From an uncultured Verrucomicrobiae bacterium (lineage in GTDB: Bacteria > Verrucomicrobiota > Verrucomicrobiia > Chthoniobacterales > UBA10450), in contig CAVWPA010000001.1 in assembly GCA_963756875.1 (NCBI GenBank), positions 288,001-352,000 of the forward strand: a stretch of DNA of 64,000 bases. The letters are read 5' to 3'. This document shows, in pieces, positions 43,662 through 51,401 of the stretch. Numbering within the stretch: the first letter of the stretch is position 1; every line of letters begins with the position of its first letter. The notes under the pieces are model-generated. The model was not told the origin of the DNA. It did not search any database and saw only the letters and a list, made by a program, of their open reading frames with translations. The position numbers and the translations under genes are program-made.

Positions 43662-44822
43662 TCAAATCGCCTCGAACGCGGTCTGCAGATCGTCAATCAA
43701 ATCGCGCAGATCTTCGACGCCAACCGACAGTCTGACCAGCGAATCGCCGATTCCAAGCGCTTCGCGTTGCTCTTTCGGCACCGACGCGTGCGTCATCAGC
43801 GCCGGATGATTGATCAAGCTTTCGACGCCGCCCAAGCTTTCCGCGAGCGAGAACAAATGTGTGTTCTCGAGGAAACGCCGGGTGCCTGCGAGATCGGTCT
43901 TCAAGACGATCGTGACCATTCCTCCAAATCCGCGCATTTGCGTGCGGGCCAGGTCGTGTTGTGGATGCGATTTGAGACCCGGATAATGGACCGATTTGAC
44001 CTCCGGGCGTTCCTCCAGCCACCGCGCGATCTCGATCGCGTTCGCGCAATGCCGCTCCATGCGGAGGGCCAGCGTCTTCAGGCTGCGCAAGACGAGAAAA
44101 CTGTCGAACGCTCCTGCAATTGCGCCCACGGAGTTTTGTAAAAAAGCAACCTGATCGCCGAGCTCTTTATTGTCGCCGACCACGATGACGCCGCCAACCA
44201 GGTCTGAGTGTCCATTCAAATATTTGGTCGCGGAATGTACGACCACGTCGAAACCCGATTCGATCGGTCGCTGGATCCATGGACTCGCGAACGTGTTGTC
44301 CGATACGGAAATGATTTCATGTTCCCGCGCGATTTTGGCGATTGCCTCCAGATCGATCAGTTTCAGCAACGGGTTGCTCGGCGTCTCCACCCAAACCATT
44401 CGCGTGTTCGGCTTGATCGCGCTCTCCAACCGGCTCGCATCGGTCAGGTCGACAAATGTGAAATCGAGGTTCGCTGAGCGGCGCCGGACTTTTTCGAATA
44501 ACCGAAACGTCCCGCCGTAAAGATCGTCGCTCGCGACGATGTGCGAACCGCTGTCGATCAGCTCGAGCGCGGTGGCCATGGCGGCGAGTCCGGACGCAAA
44601 AGCGAATCCGCGCGTGCCGCTTTCCAGATCGGCGATGCATTTTTCGTATGCGAGGCGCGTTGGATTGATCGATCGCGAGTAATCGTAGCCTTTATGTTTG
44701 CCCGGGCTTTGCTGCACGTACGTGGATGTCGCGTAAATAGGAGTCATGATCGCACCGGTGGAGGGATCGGGCGCCTGGCCGGCGTGAATCGCGCGAGTGG
44801 CAAATTCGTGTTCCTTCTTCAT
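43662..44822 (-). CDS. Cystathionine gamma-lyase/synthase
   Basis: YSRSINPT, FASGLAA, LYGGT, ETPSNP, DNTF, HSATKYLNGHSD, AESLGGVESL. Confidence 0.93.
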   Translation of the reverse strand: MKKEHEFATRAIHAGQAPDPSTGAIMTPIYATSTYVQQSPGKHKGYDYSRSINPTRLAYEKCIADLESGTRGFAFASGLAAMATALELIDSGSHIVASDDLYGGTFRLFEKVRRRSANLDFTFVDLTDASRLESAIKPNTRMVWVETPSNPLLKLIDLEAIAKIAREHEIISVSDNTFASPWIQRPIESGFDVVVHSATKYLNGHSDLVGGVIVVGDNKELGDQVAFLQNSVGAIAGAFDSFLVLRSLKTLALRMERHCANAIEIARWLEERPEVKSVHYPGLKSHPQHDLARTQMRGFGGMVTIVLKTDLAGTRRFLENTHLFSLAESLGGVESLINHPALMTHASVPKEQREALGIGDSLVRLSVGVEDLRDLIDDLQTAFEAI

Positions 44823-44902
44823 GTCGGTTTATTTTGACCGCGGGTTGCGCGGGTTAAGAAAGATAATTTCGATCAGTGTCATCCGCGCGGTGCGCGGTTC
44901 TC

Positions 44903-46360
44903 TTACATGAATTCGCGTTCGACCGGGGCCGCGGACTTGGGCATATGCCGCCGCAGATACGAAAGTAGATCGGTGCGCGTGATCAGGCCGAGGAATTTGT
45001 CGGCGGCCATGACGATTGCGACGCGGCCGCGATCGAAAACCTGCAGCAAATCCTTGATGTTCGCGTCGGGCGCAAGCGTTTCAAGCCGGTCGGTCATCGC
45101 GCTTTTCACCGGGTCGTTAAAATGGGTCGAATCGCGGTGCACTTTTACCAGCAAATCGGATTCGTCGATAATGCCGATTGGTCGTCCCTTTTGATCAACC
45201 ACCGGAAGTTGCGAGACGTCGGCGCCGTGCATGCGCTTGAATGCAGTCAGCAATGTGTCATCGGGCCCGATCGTAATCACTTCGCCGGCTTCGTAGCGAT
45301 GCATGATGAGATCGCTCAAATCGCCGTGGGGCAGGCGACGCATGAAACCTTGTTCGGTCATCCAGAAATCGTTGTACATCTTCGAGAGGTACTTGTTGCC
45401 GGTGTCGGGAACGAAACTCACAACGCGTTTCGGCTGCATTTGTTTGCGGCAATAACGGAGCGCGGCCGCCACCAGTGTGCCGGTGGATGAGCCGCCGAAA
45501 ATTCCCTCCTTGCGCAACAGCTCCCGTGCGGTGGCGAAGCTTTCTTCATCATCAATTTCAAACGCGTCTGTCACCAGCGACATGTCCGCGATGTCGGGAA
45601 CAAAATCCTCGCCAATGCCTTCGATAGTCCAACTTCCCGCTTCCACCAGCTTCCCGGTCTTCACGTATTCGAAAAGAATCGAGCCGGTCGGGTCCGCCAG
45701 AATCATCTCGATTCCGCGGCGGGGTTTGACGCGGTTGAAGAACCGTCCAAGCCCGGTGAGCGTTCCGCCCGAGCCAACGCCAACCACGATGGCATCGACG
45801 TCGTGCCGCATTTGCTCCCAAATCTCCGGACCGGTGCTGCGCTCGTGGGCGAGGGGATTCGCCGGATTGCCGAACTGGTTCACGTAAAAAGCGCCGGGGA
45901 TCTCTTCCGCCAGGCGCGCGGCAATGTCCTGGTAATATTCCGGATGACCGCGCGTTACGTCGGAACGTGTCAGAACAACTTCGGCGCCGAGCGCTTTGAC
46001 ATGCGAAATCTTTTCCTGCGACATCTTGTCCGGAATCACCAGCAGCACGCGGTAACCCTTCGCGCCCGCGACCAGCGCAAGTCCGAGCCCCGTGTTGCCG
46101 GCGGTCGCTTCGATCACGGTTCCGCCGGGATGCAATTTTCCGTCCCGTTCGGCCGCTTCAATCATCGTCAGCGCAACGCGGTCCTTGATCGAGCCAGTCG
46201 GGTTTTGATTTTCGAGTTTAAGAAAAAGCTGACACGGTCCGGTGTCGATCTGCGTGATCTCAACCAGAGGGGTGTCGCCAATCAGCGAAAGGATCGCTGG
46301 CGGTTTTTTCTCACTTGTTGGGGGAGCGGGCGGGACTTCGAGCATATTCGGTCCTGTCAT
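44903..46360 (-). CDS. Cystathionine beta-synthase with C-terminal CBS domains
   Basis: KLENQNPTGSIKDR, EATAGNTG, GVGSGGT, IEGIG, KYLSKMYND, followed by a CBS pair. Confidence 0.93.
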   Translation of the reverse strand: MTGPNMLEVPPAPPTSEKKPPAILSLIGDTPLVEITQIDTGPCQLFLKLENQNPTGSIKDRVALTMIEAAERDGKLHPGGTVIEATAGNTGLGLALVAGAKGYRVLLVIPDKMSQEKISHVKALGAEVVLTRSDVTRGHPEYYQDIAARLAEEIPGAFYVNQFGNPANPLAHERSTGPEIWEQMRHDVDAIVVGVGSGGTLTGLGRFFNRVKPRRGIEMILADPTGSILFEYVKTGKLVEAGSWTIEGIGEDFVPDIADMSLVTDAFEIDDEESFATARELLRKEGIFGGSSTGTLVAAALRYCRKQMQPKRVVSFVPDTGNKYLSKMYNDFWMTEQGFMRRLPHGDLSDLIMHRYEAGEVITIGPDDTLLTAFKRMHGADVSQLPVVDQKGRPIGIIDESDLLVKVHRDSTHFNDPVKSAMTDRLETLAPDANIKDLLQVFDRGRVAIVMAADKFLGLITRTDLLSYLRRHMPKSAAPVEREFM

Positions 46361-46860
46361 TGTATCGAAGGTTCGCCCTTGTGCGACCACTCCGATTTGC
46401 TGTCCTCGAGAAACTGCTGAAGCATCGGAAAACGGACTTCGCCATAATTAAGCGCGTAGCGAAGATCGCCACCCTTAAAAATCCAGGTCGTCGGGATCCA
46501 GGAGACGGGCAGACCGGCGAATTGTTTGATGTGATTGCTTCCTCGCGGGCCCGGATCCGCCAGAATCGTCACGTTCGGTTGATCGGCTATTCCGAATTTT
46601 TTTAACATCGCAAGGCCATCCTCGCCGTAGTTCCAGACTGAAACGAAATAGAATTTCACCTGCGGGTTGTCTTTTACTATTTTTGTCCAGCCGCCGCTTT
46701 TTAATTCGGCCTGGCAATTGGAACACCAGGGCGCCCAAAGATGAACGACGGTAAGATTGGGTGCCTTGATGGCATCAGCGACTTTTTGCTCGGCGGGCGA
46801 TTCCGCATGCAGCGTAGTCGCAATCAGGGCCGCCAGGATTGACAAGCGTAAGATTGGCAT
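46357..46860 (-). CDS. Secreted thioredoxin-like protein (TlpA-type)
   Basis: Signal peptide; WAPWCSNC; IPTTWIF; stop overlaps the CBS start (ATGA). Confidence 0.85.
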   Translation of the reverse strand: MPILRLSILAALIATTLHAESPAEQKVADAIKAPNLTVVHLWAPWCSNCQAELKSGGWTKIVKDNPQVKFYFVSVWNYGEDGLAMLKKFGIADQPNVTILADPGPRGSNHIKQFAGLPVSWIPTTWIFKGGDLRYALNYGEVRFPMLQQFLEDSKSEWSHKGEPSIQ

Positions 46861-47009
46861 GTTGTCGGTAACGTAAGGGGAAAACGCTCAACGCTCAACG
46901 CCCAACGCTCAATGTCGAAATGGAGGGATACGCGCCGTCGTGTCCCAAATATATTTGGCAGCCGCCAGCCCCAGGCTTCCTCCAGGGGGTAGTGTCCTAA
47001 TTTGAACGG

Positions 47010-48467
47010 CTAAGCGTAGTACGGGACGTACTTTGCGAATTTTCTCGATTTGTTTGCCGGATCGACCTGCCTAATAAACTTATTATCCAGCGCCTCCTGT
47101 ATTAGCACAGAGACCATTGACCGCTGCCTTTCCGGCATTTTGAGCCGTTCCCGCAAGGATGTATTCGTCATCCAGCTATCGGACAGATATTTCAAAATCG
47201 TGTGTTGGCGACAAGCTTCCAGCCGTTCACGAGCCGACATTTGCGCGAAAGTGCGGGGCGAATAGAGCGTAACTTTGAAGTAATTGGAACCAGCAGAAAA
47301 TTCCATCGGCGGAAGCCCGTAAAGTTCCACTTCAATTCCCGCCTTGAACAATCCTGAGCCACGTTCTTCACAAATCTTATAGCGCCTAAATCCTTTCGCT
47401 AATTGTTCATTTCTCGATTCCGGCTGCGTTCCGATAAGACGATCTAATTGTTTGGATGGAAGCAACCCGCCGGGATTAGACATTTCTATGCGGTCATCAA
47501 AGATTTCAACCAAAGGCCCAGCTCCACTAATTGAGAAATCTTGGTGAATCAGTGCGTTGGCGAGAAGTTCTCGCAAGGCGATTTCGGGATAAACAGTTCG
47601 CTTTCTTCTTAGCGCGCTCTCGATGACTTCACTTTGTGGCAAAAGAGACATTATGTAGGCCAAAATGCCGGGAAATCCGACGGCGTATCCTATTTTCCCC
47701 TCTCGTTCATGTTTGGTCTTGGCTTTGTTTAAGCCGTCATAGACGACCACCCGAATCGCTTTTCGACTGAGGTCTTCAAAATCGGAAAACTTACGGGCAG
47801 CCGCTATTGCCCCAAGATTCGTGACGTATCCTCCCCCCGAAGGCTCCCTGACAATGAATTTTTCGCCCGCCAACCACTCAATCATTTGATCTTCCGTCGT
47901 GGGAATCGGTCTCTCGGAGATTTTTAGAATGGGCTCAGCATCCAAACGCGCAATCAGTTCGGCGTCTGTCAGTAATAGCGAAGCGCGCAATTCCTCCCAT
48001 CGTGGAGTTCGACTGTGCAGCATCAACGTCCCGATTTCTTGACGCGATGCCTTCCGCGTCGTTCCTCCAGAACGAATGAAGGCCTCGTCTAAACCCTTTC
48101 CTCGCAAGTGAACCGGTTTAACGGGCGATTCAGGTATGAAAATTACCAACAGGCGAACCGATTCGTACGCATCCACTCCATGATCGAGTGCAAGAGGCGG
48201 TTCCACGGCATTACGACCAAGATTAGTCAGTTGAGTGGTCGTTTTCTGAATGGCATCTTCGTCGATCCCTATCGGAGTACCGGAGGGATCAATTCCATAA
48301 ACCAAAAAACCACCGCCCGGATGATTGGAGAACGCTGACAGGTGTTCTGTAAGCCGCTTCTTGTCAGGAGATAGGGCGGCCTTCCAATCCAATTCGTTCA
48401 GCTCGTGTCTCGGAGTGTCTAGGCTGACGTACAGTAATTCTAAAGCCCTAGACATCCACGCTTTCAT
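47010..48467 (-). CDS. AlbA_2 (Schlafen-like) domain + HATPase_c_4-like domain protein
   Basis: ELNELDWK, LSAFSNHPGGGFLVYGID, FIRSGGTTRKAS; YPEIALRELLANALIHQDF, IFDDRIEMSNPGG, SRNEQLA, CEERGSG. Confidence 0.88.
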   Translation of the reverse strand: MKAWMSRALELLYVSLDTPRHELNELDWKAALSPDKKRLTEHLSAFSNHPGGGFLVYGIDPSGTPIGIDEDAIQKTTTQLTNLGRNAVEPPLALDHGVDAYESVRLLVIFIPESPVKPVHLRGKGLDEAFIRSGGTTRKASRQEIGTLMLHSRTPRWEELRASLLLTDAELIARLDAEPILKISERPIPTTEDQMIEWLAGEKFIVREPSGGGYVTNLGAIAAARKFSDFEDLSRKAIRVVVYDGLNKAKTKHEREGKIGYAVGFPGILAYIMSLLPQSEVIESALRRKRTVYPEIALRELLANALIHQDFSISGAGPLVEIFDDRIEMSNPGGLLPSKQLDRLIGTQPESRNEQLAKGFRRYKICEERGSGLFKAGIEVELYGLPPMEFSAGSNYFKVTLYSPRTFAQMSARERLEACRQHTILKYLSDSWMTNTSLRERLKMPERQRSMVSVLIQEALDNKFIRQVDPANKSRKFAKYVPYYA

Positions 48468-48545
48468 GGCGATTTCTACTTAAATAACAAGTGCCTGAAT
48501 ATCAGTATGTTATACATCTATCCAATGAATCAGTTAATTAAGATT

Positions 48546-48719
48546 TCAGACCTGCTTTTGAGCGACCGACAGTAGCGCACCGCGAATCCAATCTGACAGA
48601 TTCTTGCTCTGATTCGCGGCAGCTTTTTCGACGAGCGCCCGCTCATCGGAGCGCAACCGAACACCTGTAATCCGCCCCTTTTTCTCGCTCTTTTTTAGCT
48701 TCGGACGACCAGTCTTCAT
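48546..48719 (-). CDS. Small ribbon-helix-helix-type DNA-binding protein
   Basis: MKTGRPK...ITGVRLRSDERALVEKAAANQSKNLSDWIRGALL. Confidence 0.75.
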   Translation of the reverse strand: MKTGRPKLKKSEKKGRITGVRLRSDERALVEKAAANQSKNLSDWIRGALLSVAQKQV

Positions 48720-48721
48720 TT

Positions 48722-48765
48722 TGTTTAACAAAAAGTCTTGCAAGAAAAATACTTTCTGTTAAACA
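48722..48765. promoter_or_regulatory. Inverted-repeat candidate operator between the divergent RHH and transposase-remnant genes
   Basis: TGTTTAACAAAAAGT (48722-48736) and ACTTTCTGTTAAACA (48751-48765), one mismatch, around TTGCAA. Confidence 0.65.
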
Positions 48766-48787
48766 TTAAGTCAATTAGAAAGTCACT

Positions 48788-49078
48788 ATGGCAAATAAAT
48801 TGAGCGTTGATGAAAAAGTTTCTGCGATCGGGATGCTCTGCGAAGGCAACAGCATCCGAAGCGTTGAACGAATGACTGGCATTCACCGCGATACGGTAAT
48901 AGGAATGGTCGAAACATTCGATCTTGATGGACATCCCAAAGCCAAGCGTTGCTATGCCTTTTTGATGAAGGATGAAAAAGACCCCGCGCGTGCCGGTGAA
49001 ATGGTTTTGGAGCTTCCGCCGGTTGGTTCGCCAGAAAGTGCCGTTCAGGTTGCGATTGCGAATAAGGCGAGAAAATGA
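48788..49078 (+). pseudogene. IS1-family transposase N-terminal HTH remnant fused to an unrelated C-terminal segment
   Basis: MANKLSVDEKVSAIGMLCEGNSIRSVERMTGIHRDTV resembles IS1-family transposase N-termini; no DDE domain follows; continues as VETFDLDGHPKAKRCYAF. Confidence 0.75.
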
Positions 49079-49323
49079 AAGCCCTGTTCGATTACGCCGC
49101 TTTGTTCCTGATCACTGGGTTTCCTGGGTATCTATTCTGCCTCGTCTTAATTAGTTGCTACGACACGCACCACCCAGTTATCGGGTTTCCCGTCCCGAGA
49201 GACGCTGAGGAATGGAACTCATATAGACGTGAGTGTAAGCGATTGATGAACAAATATGCCGCGTATGGCGGGATCTGGATTGGCGTAATTGCCATGATAT
49301 TAGCGAGATCATTTTCAAATTAG
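49075..49323 (+). CDS. Small two-TM hypothetical protein
   Basis: ATGA-coupled to the upstream ORF; two hydrophobic segments; stop codon lies inside the right IR. Confidence 0.5.
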   Translation: MKALFDYAALFLITGFPGYLFCLVLISCYDTHHPVIGFPVPRDAEEWNSYRRECKRLMNKYAAYGGIWIGVIAMILARSFSN

Positions 49324-49347
49324 GACACTACCCTCCAGGGAGGCGAG

Positions 49348-49376
49348 TTGACCTCCACATGGAAAACGCCTAGTGT
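49348..49376 (+). promoter_or_regulatory. Sigma-70 promoter for rpsA
   Basis: TTGACC-N17-TAGTGT, followed by a structured leader and GGAGG. Confidence 0.65.
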
Positions 49377-49463
49377 GGCGTCCCCGTTTCCGTAGCTTAG
49401 CTGCGCGGAAATATCGACCCCGCCGGGGCGGGGTCGCGTGCCCGAAGGAGGCCTTTTTTAATT

Positions 49464-51221
49464 ATGGTGCAAATGCAGGATGTAATGTCGAAACCGATGC
49501 CGGAGTTCCGTGAAGGCAGCATCGTTAAAGGACGAATTCTCGAAGTTCGTCCGCGCGAAGTGCTGGTGGACATCGGTTACAAATCGGAAGGTGTGATTCC
49601 AATCTCGGAATTCGAGGACGTGCAGAATCTGGACGTGGGCGACGAAGTGGACGTGTTGCTGGAGCGCCTGGAGAACGATGAGGGCATGGTTGTGCTTTCG
49701 AAGGAGAAAGCCGCCTATCGCCAGAATTGGAACAAGATCACCGGCGTCTTCGAGGGCGACGGCCTCATCAAAGGCAAGGTGAAATCCGTCGTCAAAGGCG
49801 GCCTCATGGTCAACATCGGCGTGGAAGCCTTTTTGCCCGCGTCGCAGATCGACATCGTGCCGCCGAAAGATTTGCAGCAGTTCGTTGGCAACACGTACGA
49901 TTTTAAGATCGTCAAGATTAACGACGATCGCCGCAATGTGGTGTTGAGCCGGCGCGAGCTGATCGAGCAGGAGCGGAGCGAGAAGCGCCAGAAATTCATG
50001 GAAAGCGTGAACGTCGGCGACCGCGTGACGGGCACGGTGAAAAATCTCACCGATTTCGGCGCGTTCATCGACCTCGACGGCATGGACGGCCTGTTGCATA
50101 TCACGGACATGACCTGGGGCCGGCTCGGCCATCCGAGCGAGCTCGTCAAAGTCGGTCAGCAGCTCGAAGTCGTTGTGCTCGACATTAATAAGGAAAAAGA
50201 GCGCGTCTCGCTGGGCCTTAAACAAACCCAGAAAAATCCGTGGGATCAGATTGAGGAACGGTTCCCGGCGGGCCAGAAGGTCAAAGGCAAGATCACAAAC
50301 CTTGTCCCGTACGGAGCGTTTGTGGAACTGGAAGAGGGCGTGGAAGGCCTCATCCACGTTTCGGAGCTTTCGTGGACGAAACGAATCATGCGCCCGTCCG
50401 ATATTTTGAGCGCCGGCCAGGAAGTGGAAGCCGTTGTCCTCGGTGTAAACAAAGAGGAACAAAAGATCTCGCTTGGCCTGCGTCAGCTCGAACCGAATCC
50501 ATGGGATGAAATCGAGAAGAAATTTACCATCGGCAGCAGGGTGAAGGGCAAGATACGCAACATGACCGCGTACGGCGCGTTCGTGGAGCTCGATGAAGGG
50601 ATCGACGGGATGATTCACGTCTCCGACCTGAGTTGGACGCGCAAGATCAATCACCCCAGCGAAGTCTTTAAGAAAGGCGACGAAGTCGAAGCGGAAGTCA
50701 TCGACATCGACAAAACCAATCAACGGATCAGCCTCGGTATTAAACAACTGACCGAAGACCCGTGGAAGACGATCGATGAGAAATACAAGATCGGCGACCT
50801 GGTGAAGGGGAAGGTGACGAAGCTCGCCAGTTTCGGCGCGTTCGTGCAATTGCAGGACGACATCGACGGGCTCGTTCACATCTCGCAGTTGAGCGAGGAC
50901 CACGTCGCGAAAGTGAAAGACATTCTCAAGGTCGGCCAGGAAGTCGAAGCGCGCGTGATCAAGGTGGACAAACTCGAGCGCCGTATCGGCCTCTCGATCA
51001 AGGCCGCCAATTACACTGAGGAACAATTGCGCAAGGAAGCCGAGACGTTCGATACGCTGCGTCCGGGCGAAGACATGGTCGGTTTGGAGAAAGCTTTCGC
51101 CGCTGCCGAGCAGGAAGAATATCGCCCCGGCGAATCGAAGAAGACTGCCAAGGAACCGAAAGAGGCGAAAGAGCCGAAAGAGCCGAAGGAACCCAAGCGC
51201 GAGAAGAAGGCGAAGAAATAA
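49464..51221 (+). CDS. rpsA: 30S ribosomal protein S1
   Basis: VDIGYKSEG, AFLPASQID, repeated FGAFV/DGLxH S1 domains; KEP-repeat tail. Confidence 0.98.
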   Translation: MVQMQDVMSKPMPEFREGSIVKGRILEVRPREVLVDIGYKSEGVIPISEFEDVQNLDVGDEVDVLLERLENDEGMVVLSKEKAAYRQNWNKITGVFEGDGLIKGKVKSVVKGGLMVNIGVEAFLPASQIDIVPPKDLQQFVGNTYDFKIVKINDDRRNVVLSRRELIEQERSEKRQKFMESVNVGDRVTGTVKNLTDFGAFIDLDGMDGLLHITDMTWGRLGHPSELVKVGQQLEVVVLDINKEKERVSLGLKQTQKNPWDQIEERFPAGQKVKGKITNLVPYGAFVELEEGVEGLIHVSELSWTKRIMRPSDILSAGQEVEAVVLGVNKEEQKISLGLRQLEPNPWDEIEKKFTIGSRVKGKIRNMTAYGAFVELDEGIDGMIHVSDLSWTRKINHPSEVFKKGDEVEAEVIDIDKTNQRISLGIKQLTEDPWKTIDEKYKIGDLVKGKVTKLASFGAFVQLQDDIDGLVHISQLSEDHVAKVKDILKVGQEVEARVIKVDKLERRIGLSIKAANYTEEQLRKEAETFDTLRPGEDMVGLEKAFAAAEQEEYRPGESKKTAKEPKEAKEPKEPKEPKREKKAKK

Positions 51222-51245
51222 CTTCGTCAGCTCCGAGGATTTTTC

Positions 51246-51345
51246 AGCCCGCGAATTACGCTAATTGATGCGAATCAAATGAAAAGTGCGAGGCCGCCGG
51301 TCCTTGCTCTTCCGTATTCGCGTTGATTTGCGTCATTCGTGGGCT
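51246..51345. repeat. GCGAAT/ATTCGC-type inverted repeat downstream of rpsA
   Basis: AGCCCGCGAATTACGCTAATTGATGCGAAT ... ATTCGCGTTGATTTGCGTCATTCGTGGGCT. Confidence 0.7.
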
Positions 51346-51401
51346 CGACTTTTGTTCGGTTTGTTTTCTCCGTGATTTCGCGGACTTTTCGCGGATTGAG
51401 A

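Larger units (their letters stand above)
46988..49332. mobile_element. Non-autonomous IS1-like transposon with passenger genes
   Basis: Perfect 19-bp terminal IRs GGTAGTGTCCTAATTTGAA (46988-47006) and TTCAAATTAGGACACTACC (49314-49332); 8-bp duplication CTCCAGGG at 46980-46987 and 49333-49340; visibly AT-richer interior; transposase N-terminal remnant. Confidence 0.93.

Noticed and set aside
49458..51026. 522-aa minus-strand ORF
   Set aside because: Antisense shadow of rpsA, expected in GC-rich, codon-biased genes.
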